Assembly (NCBI GenBank): GCA_964616985.1
Contig: CAZTVF010000010.1
Location: 649 to 64,648 of the forward strand
Reading direction: 5' to 3'
DNA from: an uncultured Planctomycetaceae bacterium
Lineage (GTDB): Bacteria; Planctomycetota; Phycisphaerae; SM23-33
Length of the DNA stretch: 64,000 nt
The translations under genes were made by a program, and so were the position numbers. Positions within the stretch are counted from its first letter, which is position 1; each line of letters starts with the position of its first letter. This document shows positions 19,181 to 28,486 of the stretch, piece after piece. Under the pieces are notes generated by a model. The model was not told the DNA's origin. It made no database searches and saw nothing but the letters and a program-made list of their open reading frames with translations.

Positions 19181-21670
19181 ATGAGTCAGCGGATCGATCT
19201 GAACGGCACGTGGGAGCTTCGGTGGTCCAGCGGCCAGCGCGGCGGGAGCATCCAACGTTCGTTCAATGGGGCCGACAGCGACCGTGCATTCGCCGCCACC
19301 GTGCCGGGTGAGGTCCACCTGGACATGATGAAGGCGGGGCTGATCGGCGACCCCGCGGTGGCGCTCAACGGCCTGGCCGCGCGGTGGGTGGAGGAGTTCC
19401 TCTGGTTCTATCGCCGCACGTTCACGGCCCCGGCCCTGGCGGAGGGCCACAGGGCGCTGCTGATGCTGGACGCCATCGACGGCGGCGCGATCGTGTACCT
19501 CAACGGCCACGAGGTCGGCCGCCACGCCAACGCGTTCCGCCCCTGCCGCATCGATGTCACCGACAAACTCATCGCCGGCGAGAACGTGCTGGCTATCCAG
19601 GCCGACAGCGGCCTGTACACCAACGCCGACAAGCCCGTCACCGCCTATTGGGCCAGCCCCGACCACCAACTTCTCCGCCGCGTCTGGCTGCGGCAGTGCC
19701 AGTCGGCGTTCGGCTGGGACTGGTCCGAGCGCCTGCTGAACGTGGGCCTGCGCGGCAACGTGTACCTCGAGATCTGCTCGGCGTTGCGGCTGGAGAACGT
19801 GGTCGCCGTGACGACGGTGACCGACGACCTCGCCCGCGGCGCGGCCCGTGTCCGCGTCTTCGCCGAGAACCTCACGAGCAAGCCCCTCGCTGTCACCGTC
19901 GCCGCCGAGTTGCGCGGCCCGGGCCTGGCCGTGCCCGTCACCGCCACCGCGACGGCCGAGATCGCGCCCGGCGTGCAGGTTGTCGAGGTGACGCTGCCCG
20001 TCGAGCGGCCGCAGCTCTGGTGGCCGGCGGGCCACGGCGGGCAGCCGCTGTACGAGGCGACCGCGACGCTGACGGCGGGCGGCAACGAGATCGGCCGCCG
20101 CACGCGGAGCGTGGGCTTCCGCCACGTTCGCGTGAACCAGTCGACCCACCCTCTCATGGGCAAGTACTTCATCATCGAGATCAACCGCAAGCCGATCTTC
20201 TGCAAGGGCGGCAACTTCGTCCCGGCCGACCCCATCACGGCCCGGCTGGACCGCGCCCGCTACGAGACGCTGGTGGACCGCGCGCTGGAGGCGAACTTCA
20301 ACCTGCTTCGCGTCTGGGGCGGCGGGCTGTACGAGAGCGACGACCTGTACGAGATCTGCGACCGCCGCGGCGTGCTGCTGTGGCAGGAGTTCATCTTCGC
20401 CTGCGCGAAGTACCCGGGCAACGACGTGGCCTTCCACAACGAGGTCGTCGCCGAGGCGACCCACCAGGTGCGGCGGCTGGCGAGCCATCCGTCGCTGGTG
20501 GTGTGGTGCGGCAACAACGAGATGGAGTGGCAGACGTGCGAGGTGACGCACCAGAACGGCGCGGCCTACGCCGACTTCGGCATCTTCCACAAGGCCCTGC
20601 CCAGCATCGTGCAGTGGGAGGACGGCACGCGGTACTACCAGCCGAGCTCGCCCTATTCGCCCGACCTGGCCACGCCCAACGCCAACGAGGTGGGCGACCA
20701 GCACCCGTGGGACATCGGCTTCGCCGACAACGATTTCCGCAAGTATCGCCGCATGGTCTGCCGCTTCCCCAACGAGGGCGGCATCATGGGGCCCGCGTCG
20801 CTGCCGACCGTCCGTGCGTGCATGCCGCCCGACCAGCAGCGCGTGAACAGCTTCGCGTGGGAGATGCACGACAACGGCATCGCCACCTGGGGCAACGCCC
20901 GCCACACGGACGGCCAGACGATGCTCTGGCTGGGCAAGGACATCGCGAAGATGCCGCTCGAGGAATACGTGTACTGGTCAGGCATCATCCAGGGCGAAGG
21001 CATCGCCGAATACGTCCGCAACTTCCGCCGCCGCATGTTCGACTGCGCCTCGGCCATCTTCTGGATGTACAACGACTGCTGGCCGATGGTCCGCAGCTGG
21101 ACCATCGTCGACTACTTCCTCCGCCGCACGCCCGCGTTCTGGCCGGTCCGGCGGGCAATGGCGCCGGTGACGGTGGCCGTCGTGATGGAAGAGGGCAATG
21201 TGAAGGTCTTCGGCGTCAACGAGGGCGGCCCGTGGCAAGGGCAGCTGCGTTTCGGCCTGTTCGCCCTGGCCGGCGACATGCCGATGGACCGCACGCAGGA
21301 CGTCACGCTGCCGGCCAACGCATCGACGCTGCTGGCTGAGTTTGATGAGTCCGAGCTCACCGGCCGCGACAAAACGCACGGCGCGTTCGCGCTGCTCGTG
21401 CAGGGCGGCCGCACGGTCGCGCAGGACAAGCTCTTCCTGCCCTTCTGGAAGGAGATGACCTGGCCCGCCGCCTCGGTCACCGTTCGCCGCGACGGCGACA
21501 AGGCCATCTTCGAGAGCAAGACCTTCGCCTTCCGCGTGTGCCTCGATCTCGACGGCGAGCGTGCCCTACCCGACAACTTCTTCGACATCCTCCCCGGCGT
21601 GCCCGTCATTCTGGACTGGCCCGACGCCCTGGGCGAGCCCAAGGTCCTGCGCGTCGGCAACCTTGCCTGA
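19181..21670 (+). CDS. Glycoside hydrolase family 2, beta-mannosidase-like
   Basis: RBS AGAGGA. N-terminus LNGTWELRW, plus WWPAGHGGQPLY, VWGGGLYESDDLYEICDRRGVLLWQEF and WCGNNE. 829 aa, no signal peptide. Confidence 0.85.
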   Translation: MSQRIDLNGTWELRWSSGQRGGSIQRSFNGADSDRAFAATVPGEVHLDMMKAGLIGDPAVALNGLAARWVEEFLWFYRRTFTAPALAEGHRALLMLDAIDGGAIVYLNGHEVGRHANAFRPCRIDVTDKLIAGENVLAIQADSGLYTNADKPVTAYWASPDHQLLRRVWLRQCQSAFGWDWSERLLNVGLRGNVYLEICSALRLENVVAVTTVTDDLARGAARVRVFAENLTSKPLAVTVAAELRGPGLAVPVTATATAEIAPGVQVVEVTLPVERPQLWWPAGHGGQPLYEATATLTAGGNEIGRRTRSVGFRHVRVNQSTHPLMGKYFIIEINRKPIFCKGGNFVPADPITARLDRARYETLVDRALEANFNLLRVWGGGLYESDDLYEICDRRGVLLWQEFIFACAKYPGNDVAFHNEVVAEATHQVRRLASHPSLVVWCGNNEMEWQTCEVTHQNGAAYADFGIFHKALPSIVQWEDGTRYYQPSSPYSPDLATPNANEVGDQHPWDIGFADNDFRKYRRMVCRFPNEGGIMGPASLPTVRACMPPDQQRVNSFAWEMHDNGIATWGNARHTDGQTMLWLGKDIAKMPLEEYVYWSGIIQGEGIAEYVRNFRRRMFDCASAIFWMYNDCWPMVRSWTIVDYFLRRTPAFWPVRRAMAPVTVAVVMEEGNVKVFGVNEGGPWQGQLRFGLFALAGDMPMDRTQDVTLPANASTLLAEFDESELTGRDKTHGAFALLVQGGRTVAQDKLFLPFWKEMTWPAASVTVRRDGDKAIFESKTFAFRVCLDLDGERALPDNFFDILPGVPVILDWPDALGEPKVLRVGNLA

Positions 21671-21718
21671 GGCAGAAGCGAACGATGAACAATCCCCTCG
21701 AATATGAAGGAGCAGATC

Positions 21719-23329
21719 ATGGCTGAACTGACCGCGGCGGAGCTGGCGTATCAGAACAAGCACCTCAAGACGCAGGAGGCGCGGCTGAAGTGGTGGCAGG
21801 AGGCGCGATTCGGCATGTTCGTGCACTGGGGGCTGTACTCGCAGCTTCAGCGGCACGAGTGGGTGATGAACTACGAACGCATCCCGGTGGCCGAGTATGA
21901 CAAGCTCGCCGACACGTGGAAGCCCAGGCCCGGCGCGCCCCGCCAGTGGGCCAGGCTCGCCCGCGACGCGGGCATGAAGTACATGGTCCTGACCACCAAG
22001 CACCACGAAGGGTTCCTCCTGTGGGACTCCAAGATGTCCGACTTCAACGCCGTCCAGCGCGGCCCCGGGCGCGACCTGGTGGCCGAGTACGTGGCCGCCG
22101 CCCGTGAATTCGGCCTCAAGGTCGGCTTCTACTACTCGCTGATGGACTGGCGCCACCCCGATGGCGCCCGCTGCGCCAGCGATGAAGACGCCCGCCGTCG
22201 TTTCTGCGACTACACCTACGGCTGCGTTCGCGAACTGATGGCCAACTACGGCAAGATCGACATCCTGTGGTATGACGTCTCCTGGCCGCTGGCCACGTCG
22301 CAGGCGTGGGAGAGCGCCAAGCTCAACGCTATGGCCCGCAAGCTCCAGCCGCACATCCTCATCAACAACCGATCGCAGCTGGACGAAGATTTCGGCACGC
22401 CCGAAGAACACATCAAGGCCGAGCGCCCCGGCCGCGCGTGGGAAGCGTGCATGACGTTCAACGGCTCGTGGGGCTACCAGCCCGCCCCGCCGGAGGACTG
22501 GCACAGCGTGCGGGCAATCCTGAACATGCTGCGCACCTGCGCCGCCGGCGGCGGAAACCTGCTGCTGAACATCGGCCCCAAGGCTGACGGCAGCGTGCCG
22601 GCCGAGGCCACCGAACGCCTCACCGCGACCGGCCGCTGGCTCAAGAGGTACGGCGAGGCCATCTACGGGCGCGTGGATCGCGTCGAGGGCCTCGGCGCCC
22701 TGCCGACCGGCGCGTGGAGCCGCAAGAAGGACACCTATTACTACTGGTGCACCCGCTGGCCGGGAAGCGAACTGCACGTGGGCGGGCTGACGACGAGGCT
22801 CTCTCGCGCGCGGCTGTACGGCACGAAAAAGGACCTGCCCTTCGAGCAGACGGGCAACCGCCTGGTCATCCGCGGCCTGCCGCCCGAATGCCCCGACAAG
22901 ATCGCACACGTGGCGATGATCGAAATGAAGTTCCGCGCGACGCCCTGGCAGGACCTCAGCCTCGGCGGCGGCGCGTCGAGCATGCTGGACCAACTCGCGG
23001 CGTTCGGCACCAAGTGGCACAGCCCGCACGTCGACCGCTGGCAGGTGTCCAAGCTCCTGCCTCTCAAGGGCGATGACGTGGCCGCGGCCGGGCCGGTGAA
23101 GCTGTCGCAGCCGGTGGACTGGCAGACCGTGCACGCCCAGAGCTACCCGGCGGGCTTCGTGAACATCCACGAGCGGGCCGGCGAGGGCGACGGCGTGATC
23201 TACCTCGCCAACCGTTTCCGCGTCGCCAGGGGCGGTACGTGGATCGTGCAACTCGGCCACGACGGCGGGGCCAAGCTGTTCGTCAACGGCAAGGCCGTCT
23301 TCGCCCAGCCGCAGCGCCGCAACCCCTGA
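21719..23329 (+). CDS. Alpha-L-fucosidase, GH29
   Basis: WWQEARFGMFVHWGLYS and MKYMVLTTKHHEGFLLWDS are signature GH29 motifs. AAGGAG precedes the ATG at 21719; the track's alternative start is 21704. Ends at an in-frame TGA after which the frame stays open (see finding). Confidence 0.85.
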   Translation: MAELTAAELAYQNKHLKTQEARLKWWQEARFGMFVHWGLYSQLQRHEWVMNYERIPVAEYDKLADTWKPRPGAPRQWARLARDAGMKYMVLTTKHHEGFLLWDSKMSDFNAVQRGPGRDLVAEYVAAAREFGLKVGFYYSLMDWRHPDGARCASDEDARRRFCDYTYGCVRELMANYGKIDILWYDVSWPLATSQAWESAKLNAMARKLQPHILINNRSQLDEDFGTPEEHIKAERPGRAWEACMTFNGSWGYQPAPPEDWHSVRAILNMLRTCAAGGGNLLLNIGPKADGSVPAEATERLTATGRWLKRYGEAIYGRVDRVEGLGALPTGAWSRKKDTYYYWCTRWPGSELHVGGLTTRLSRARLYGTKKDLPFEQTGNRLVIRGLPPECPDKIAHVAMIEMKFRATPWQDLSLGGGASSMLDQLAAFGTKWHSPHVDRWQVSKLLPLKGDDVAAAGPVKLSQPVDWQTVHAQSYPAGFVNIHERAGEGDGVIYLANRFRVARGGTWIVQLGHDGGAKLFVNGKAVFAQPQRRNP

Positions 23330-23498
23330 ATGCCCGGCCGCTCGAAGGCGACGATCACCCTGCCCCGCGGCCTGCACGAGATCACAGTGGCGCTCGATAC
23401 CGACAAGGGCTTCGGCTGGGGCATCTTCTTCTGCTTTGAGGTGCCCAAGGAAGCCCGCAAAGGCCGCAACCCCGTGTTCCCCGTGGCGCAGGCGTAAC
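23330..23498 (+). CDS. 56-codon ORF in frame with the GH29 gene, directly after its TGA
   Basis: MPGRSKATITLPRGLHEITVALDTDKGFGWGIFFCFEVPKEARKGRNPVFPVAQA reads like the continuation of a beta-sandwich C-terminal domain. Either a severed gene tail or a separate ORF. Confidence 0.25.
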
Positions 23499-23512
23499 CC
23501 AAAAGGAGAGCG

Positions 23513-25357
23513 ATGATGCCCGAGTCCGTAAAGATGCCCGACGGCGAGTTTGCGTTCTGGGACGACCAGACGAAGTACGCCCGTGTCTACCACGTCGCGC
23601 AGACGCCGCAGGCGTCCGACGAAAACGATGGCGGCGAGGCGCGGCCTTTCCGCACGGTCGGCCGCGCGGCGGCGGTGCTGCAGGGCGGCGAGAAGGTGAT
23701 CATCCACCGTGGCGTGTATCGCGAGCGCATCGCCCCCGCACGCGGCGGCGACGGCCCCGGCCGCATGATCGCCTACGAGGCGGCGGCGGGCGAAGAGGTC
23801 GTGGTCAAAGGCTCCCGCCTGTGGCGCCTCAAGCCCGTGCCCAGCGAAGGCTGGAACATGCCCAAGCCCACCGGCCCGGTCTACATGGCCGACATGCCGG
23901 CGGAATGGTTCAGTGCCGCCTCCGAAGGCCGCCCCTACAACCCCTTCGCCATGACCAGCGTCTTCGCGCACCTGTGTGAGTTCTGCAAGGACTGGTCGCG
24001 AAAGGAACTCGAGGGCTTCCAGTTGCGGCGAGGCACGATCTTCGCCGGCGGGCGGCCGCTGACGCAGGTGCTGCACCCGCGAGAGCTCGCCGCGCGCGAC
24101 GGCGTGTTCTGGGTGGAAGACCCCGGCCTGCGGATCCACTTCCGCCTGGCCGGCGACGCCGACCCGCTGGAGACGGAACTCGAGGTCACGGTGCAGGAGC
24201 AGGTCTTTGCGCCGATGCTCCGCGGCCTGGGGTATATCCGCGTCAGCGGCATCGCCTTCGAGCACTGCGCCGATGGCGTGCCCGTGCCTCAGCGGGCGAT
24301 GCTCAGCACGGCCCGCGGCCATCACTGGATCATCGAGGACTGCTGCGCCCGTCACGCCAACGCCGTCGGCATCGACATCGGCAACGAGGATTGGCGGGCG
24401 TCGGCCCCGGCCATCAAGGGCGGGCACATCGTGCGGCGCAACCGCATCAGCCATTGCGGCGTATGCGGCCTGGCCGGCGTGGCGCACGTGGACGGCTCGC
24501 TGATCGAGGACAACGTCATCGAGCACATCGGCGGGCGGTTCAGCGAGCGGCTGTGGGAGTCGGCCGGCTGCAAGCTGCACATCGCCAAGGGCGTGCTCAT
24601 CCGCCGCAACGTCTTCCGCCATACGCGCGACGCCAGCGGCCTGTGGCTGGACTACCTCAACGAGGGCTGCCGCGTGAGCGGCAACGTCTTCGCGGACATC
24701 GAGACGATCCTGTCCGCGGTGTACCTGGAGGTCTCGCACGCGACGAACTGGATCGACGGCAATTTCCTCTGGGACGTCCGCGCCCCCGGCGCCACCGCCC
24801 CCAACCCTCCCGGCGTGTTCGGCGCCATGGGCATCAGTGCCGATACGGGCGAGGGCGCACTGGCCGCCAACAACTTCTTCGGCCACGTGCGGCACGGGTA
24901 CGCGATGGGCTTCAGCCTCAACCAGCGAGACCGCATGGTGGGCAACCGCAACGGCCTGTGCCGTCGCAACGGAGCCTATGGCAACGTCGTCGCCGCCTGC
25001 CCGCGGCGCGTGCTGTTTGCCCAGCCGGCGGAGAACCGCGCCGACGGCAACGTCTACGACGCCGCCGACCGCGCGGGCTCGTTCTATGTCGCCGCCCCCA
25101 CCGCCCACGCGCTGGACCTCGAAGCGTGGCGCGAGTTCTTCGGCCTCGACGCCGCCGGCAGCGAGATCGAAATCACGGCCGATTTCGCCGTCGAGACGCT
25201 GACCCTTCGCATCTCGGCCAAGGGGGCGGCTGGGCAGGTTGCCGCCGCGAGCGCCTCGCCGCTTTCCTACCCCGCCGCCGGCCCCTTCACGAAGGCGCAG
25301 TGGGAACGGATACTGAGCAGCGGCCTGGAACTGCAACTGCCGCTGCGTACTCAATGA
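23513..25357 (+). CDS. Right-handed parallel beta-helix repeat protein (pectate-lyase-fold), cytoplasmic
   Basis: RBS AAAGGAG. DENDGGEARPFRTVGRAAAVLQGGEKVIIHRGVYRERI resembles the N-terminal cap of beta-helix proteins, and the NxIxxN-like repeats (IEDNVIEH, IRRNVF) fit. No signal peptide. Confidence 0.7.
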   Translation: MMPESVKMPDGEFAFWDDQTKYARVYHVAQTPQASDENDGGEARPFRTVGRAAAVLQGGEKVIIHRGVYRERIAPARGGDGPGRMIAYEAAAGEEVVVKGSRLWRLKPVPSEGWNMPKPTGPVYMADMPAEWFSAASEGRPYNPFAMTSVFAHLCEFCKDWSRKELEGFQLRRGTIFAGGRPLTQVLHPRELAARDGVFWVEDPGLRIHFRLAGDADPLETELEVTVQEQVFAPMLRGLGYIRVSGIAFEHCADGVPVPQRAMLSTARGHHWIIEDCCARHANAVGIDIGNEDWRASAPAIKGGHIVRRNRISHCGVCGLAGVAHVDGSLIEDNVIEHIGGRFSERLWESAGCKLHIAKGVLIRRNVFRHTRDASGLWLDYLNEGCRVSGNVFADIETILSAVYLEVSHATNWIDGNFLWDVRAPGATAPNPPGVFGAMGISADTGEGALAANNFFGHVRHGYAMGFSLNQRDRMVGNRNGLCRRNGAYGNVVAACPRRVLFAQPAENRADGNVYDAADRAGSFYVAAPTAHALDLEAWREFFGLDAAGSEIEITADFAVETLTLRISAKGAAGQVAAASASPLSYPAAGPFTKAQWERILSSGLELQLPLRTQ

Positions 25358-25371
25358 CTACAGGAGTGAAC

Positions 25372-26451
25372 ATGACGAACAAGGAACGCTTTCTTCGGAC
25401 GATGCGGTACGAGCCTGTCGACCGCCGCCCTCTGTACCTGGTGCACCCATGGAGTTTCACCATGGATCGCTGGCACGCCGAAGGCCTGCCGCGTGGCGTC
25501 GATCTGAACAAGTTCCTCGGCGTCGATCCGCTGAAGATCAACAACGTCAGCTGCAACACCTGGCTGCACCCCGCCTACGAGCCCCGCGTGCTGCGCGAGG
25601 ATAAGGAGTTCATCTACAAGCAGGACGAGTACGGCCGCACCGCGCGGTACTTCAAGGACCACGATTCGATGCCCGAGTGGGTCGAGTTCCCCGTGAAGAC
25701 GCCCGAGGACCTGCGCCGCGTTATGAACGAGCACTACCGCATCGACGATCTCAACGAGCGATTCGCCCCCGATTGGGAGGCCCGCACCGTGGCGGCCGGC
25801 AAAACGGACAACGTGGTGCTTATCGACGGCGGCTGCTATTACTGGACGCTGCGGTCGCTGTCGGGCGTGGAGCAGGCAAGCTACCTGCTGTATGACGCGT
25901 ATGAGACGGTCGATGAGCTGTTCGAACGTTACTTCACCGTCGTGATGGAAGGCCTTCGCCGCGCGGTGAAGCTGGTGAAGATCGACTGCATCGGCTTTGG
26001 CGAGGATATCGCCTACAAGAACGGCCCGCTGATGGCGCCGGAGATGTTCCGCCATCTGATCCTGCCACGCTACCGCAAGCTGATGAACTTCGCCCACGAG
26101 CACGGCATCGACCTGACGTGGTACGACAGCGACGGCGACGTGCGGCTGCTGATCCCGGATCACCTGTCGGTGGGCATCAACTCGATCGCCCCCACCGAGG
26201 TGGCGGCCGGCATGCTGCCGGTGGAACTCCGCAACCAGTTCGGGCGCGAGCTGCGGATCATCGGCGGCATCGACAAGCGCGAGGTCGCCCGCGGCCGCGA
26301 CGGCATCGATGGCGAGATCCGCCGCAACATGTCGCTGATCCGCGAGGGCGGCTTCATCCCGGCGATCGATCACAGCGTGCCCAGCGACGTGTCGTTCGAT
26401 ACCTATCGGTATTACATCGACGCGATGCAGAAGGCCCTGGCGAGTGTGTAG
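25372..26451 (+). CDS. Uroporphyrinogen-decarboxylase (URO-D)/MtaA-like family protein
   Basis: RBS AGGAG 6 nt before the ATG at 25372; an earlier ATG at 25354 overlaps the previous stop. 360 aa with a URO-D-like TIM-barrel pattern (PLMAPEMFRHLILPRYRKL...). Confidence 0.75.
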   Translation: MTNKERFLRTMRYEPVDRRPLYLVHPWSFTMDRWHAEGLPRGVDLNKFLGVDPLKINNVSCNTWLHPAYEPRVLREDKEFIYKQDEYGRTARYFKDHDSMPEWVEFPVKTPEDLRRVMNEHYRIDDLNERFAPDWEARTVAAGKTDNVVLIDGGCYYWTLRSLSGVEQASYLLYDAYETVDELFERYFTVVMEGLRRAVKLVKIDCIGFGEDIAYKNGPLMAPEMFRHLILPRYRKLMNFAHEHGIDLTWYDSDGDVRLLIPDHLSVGINSIAPTEVAAGMLPVELRNQFGRELRIIGGIDKREVARGRDGIDGEIRRNMSLIREGGFIPAIDHSVPSDVSFDTYRYYIDAMQKALASV

Positions 26452-26458
26452 TCACGAA

Positions 26459-26524
26459 GGGTGGCGGCCTTCCCAGGCCGCCACCTCCGGCGGCTGTGGC
26501 GGCGACCTGGGAAGGCCGCCACCC
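26459..26524. repeat. REP-like composite palindromic element (family A, two units)
   Basis: GGGTGGCGGCCTTCCCAGGCCGCCACC, then a 12-nt spacer, then GGCGGCGACCTGGGAAGGCCGCCACCC. Intergenic, between the URO-D-like gene and the isomerase gene. Confidence 0.6.
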
Positions 26525-26560
26525 TTTGGAACGCACAGTTTGAGGACAAGGAGAACTCGC

Positions 26561-27400
26561 ATGAAGATAGGCTGCGGCGAATGGGGCTTTCGTGATCTTC
26601 CGATGGATGAGCACTTCCGCCTCTGCGGCAAGTTCGGCTTCAAGACGATGGAGTTCGGCATCGGCGGCGGCAAGACCGGCCGCCTGGCCGAGGAAATGAG
26701 CGACGAGGACGTGTCGGCTTTTCTCGATCTCGGCAGAAAGTACGGCATCCGCACGCCGTTTGCCTGCATCGAGAATGACTTCACACTGCCTCCCGCCGAG
26801 CACAAGCCCATGCTCGCGCGGACGTTGTCGAGCATCCGCCTGGCCGCCCGGCTGGGCGCGACGCACGTGAGGCTGTTCGCCGGCTTCACTTCCGCCGCCC
26901 AGATGACCGAGCCGCTGTGGAAGCAGATGATCGCCGCCTTTGCCGAGGCCGACGCCCTGTGCAAACAGCTGGGGCTGGTGATCTCGATCGAGACTCACGG
27001 CCGCATCACTGTGCGCGACGGCGCGGCCTGCCACGAGCACACGGTGACCACCGACCGCGCCGCGTTGGCGCGCCTGGTGAAGGAACTGCCCCCCCGCGTG
27101 GGCTTCAACTACGACCCGGGCAACATCAAGGCCGCCGCCCCCGCCGATCGCCGCCTCTGCCTGGACCTTATCAACGACCGCATCAACTACTGTCACCTCA
27201 AGGACTGGCGCCGCCAAGGCGCCGGATGGGAGGCCGTCGCCATCGGCGACGATGATCTCGACTACGCCCCCCTCTTTGCACAGATGAAGTTCAGCGGCGT
27301 CTACCTCATCGAGTACGAGCCCACCGCCGACGTCGAAGACGGCCTCCGCCGCAGCCTGGCCTACCTCAAGAAGGTCGCGCCGGGCTTCGTGATGGGATAG
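26561..27400 (+). CDS. Sugar phosphate isomerase/epimerase (xylose-isomerase-like TIM barrel)
   Basis: RBS AAGGAGAA. MKIGCGEWGF...; the conserved E/H/D ligands (ISIETHG, NYDPGN, CHLKD) fit the AP-endonuclease-2/xylose-isomerase-like fold. The track ORF extends upstream through the REP element. Confidence 0.8.
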   Translation: MKIGCGEWGFRDLPMDEHFRLCGKFGFKTMEFGIGGGKTGRLAEEMSDEDVSAFLDLGRKYGIRTPFACIENDFTLPPAEHKPMLARTLSSIRLAARLGATHVRLFAGFTSAAQMTEPLWKQMIAAFAEADALCKQLGLVISIETHGRITVRDGAACHEHTVTTDRAALARLVKELPPRVGFNYDPGNIKAAAPADRRLCLDLINDRINYCHLKDWRRQGAGWEAVAIGDDDLDYAPLFAQMKFSGVYLIEYEPTADVEDGLRRSLAYLKKVAPGFVMG

Positions 27401-27600
27401 GCACGTGCCCCTTGGCGTCTGCGAAGGTGGCGAACCCTGGGGTCGTGACACCTTCTACAGCGCTGAAAGGCGAGCGATATCGATGCCGCCGCCGCGCGGC
27501 CGCCGGGGGCTGACGAGTCGCCCCGGGGCGATCAGGACGCAGCCCCGACGATGCCCTCACCACCGCTTGGACAACCGATGGCGTACGAGCCTGCCCACCA

Positions 27601-28437
27601 TCACGCCATCGCCGCGATGCGCTCGGCGTAATATTCGCTGCCGGTCAGGAAGCGGATGCCCAGGCCCTTGGCGTAGGCGATGATCTCGGCCAGCCAGGCG
27701 GTTTTGGCCGCGAAGGATTCGGGCGTCTGGCAGCCGTGGTCGTGCGTGCAGAGGCTCCAGACCAGGTCCTCCTTCGCGACGCGATCGGCCAGCGTGCGGA
27801 GGTGCTCGGCGTAGGTCGAGGCGTCGGGCAGGCCGTTGAAGGCGGCGTAATAGAAATCGTCCTGGTACCCCTGGATGGGCAGCTCGAGCATCCGGCCAAA
27901 GCCCTGGTACGCGTAGAAATATGGCTGAATCTCCATCTCAACCGGCTGGCCGTCGTGCTCGTTGCGGCCGTACGTTCGCAGGAACTGGAAGCCGTGCGAG
28001 TGGACGATCTCCAGCAGGTCCGGGCGGTCGCCCAGGCCGCGATAGTACGCCCAGGGCCCGGTGAGCCCGCGGGCCAGACGCCCCAGCGTGTCGTGATAGA
28101 CGCGCTGGCAGCGGGCGAGGTCGCGGTCGATCTCCTCGATGTTGCCGCCGCGTCTGAAGAAGAAATCCTTTGATCCATGGATCTCCAGCCCCTTGGGCAC
28201 ACGGAGCAGGATGCTCTTGAGCAGCACGTGGTCGTAGGTGTGCGCCTGCACGTCGACGACGCCCGAGCGGTCGGCCGCCACAAAGGCCTTGGCCTCACGC
28301 TCCATCGCCCTGCCGGTAACGTACCATGTGCCGCGAACGCCGCAACGTTCGAGGAAGCCCACGCCCAGGCGTGCGTAGTTGGCGGTGCAGGGTCCACAAC
28401 TCTCGACGTCGACTCCGATCAGGATTGTGCCCGACAT
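27601..28437 (-). CDS. Polysaccharide deacetylase-like protein
   Basis: RBS AAGGAG. MSGTILIGVDVESCG... resembles the deacetylase/NodB-like superfamily. The exact family is unsure. Confidence 0.6.
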   Translation of the reverse strand: MSGTILIGVDVESCGPCTANYARLGVGFLERCGVRGTWYVTGRAMEREAKAFVAADRSGVVDVQAHTYDHVLLKSILLRVPKGLEIHGSKDFFFRRGGNIEEIDRDLARCQRVYHDTLGRLARGLTGPWAYYRGLGDRPDLLEIVHSHGFQFLRTYGRNEHDGQPVEMEIQPYFYAYQGFGRMLELPIQGYQDDFYYAAFNGLPDASTYAEHLRTLADRVAKEDLVWSLCTHDHGCQTPESFAAKTAWLAEIIAYAKGLGIRFLTGSEYYAERIAAMA

Positions 28438-28486
28438 GTGCGTCTCCTTGTTGCACCGATTATACAGTGCATCGGAGGCACAATCA

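Noticed and set aside
19384-21339. 651-aa plus-strand ORF in an alternate frame
   Set aside because: It overlaps the GH2 gene in the +1 frame and has Arg/Pro/Gly-rich low-complexity composition.
23327-23329. Selenocysteine codon in the fucosidase
   Set aside because: No obvious SECIS-like hairpin lies immediately downstream and glycoside hydrolases are not selenoproteins. A nonsense mutation or sequencing error is more plausible.
21566-25354. 1262-aa ORF on the minus strand
   Set aside because: It is antisense to the well-supported GH29 and beta-helix genes. Its Arg/Ala/Gly-rich composition is typical of GC-rich shadow frames, and it has no motifs.
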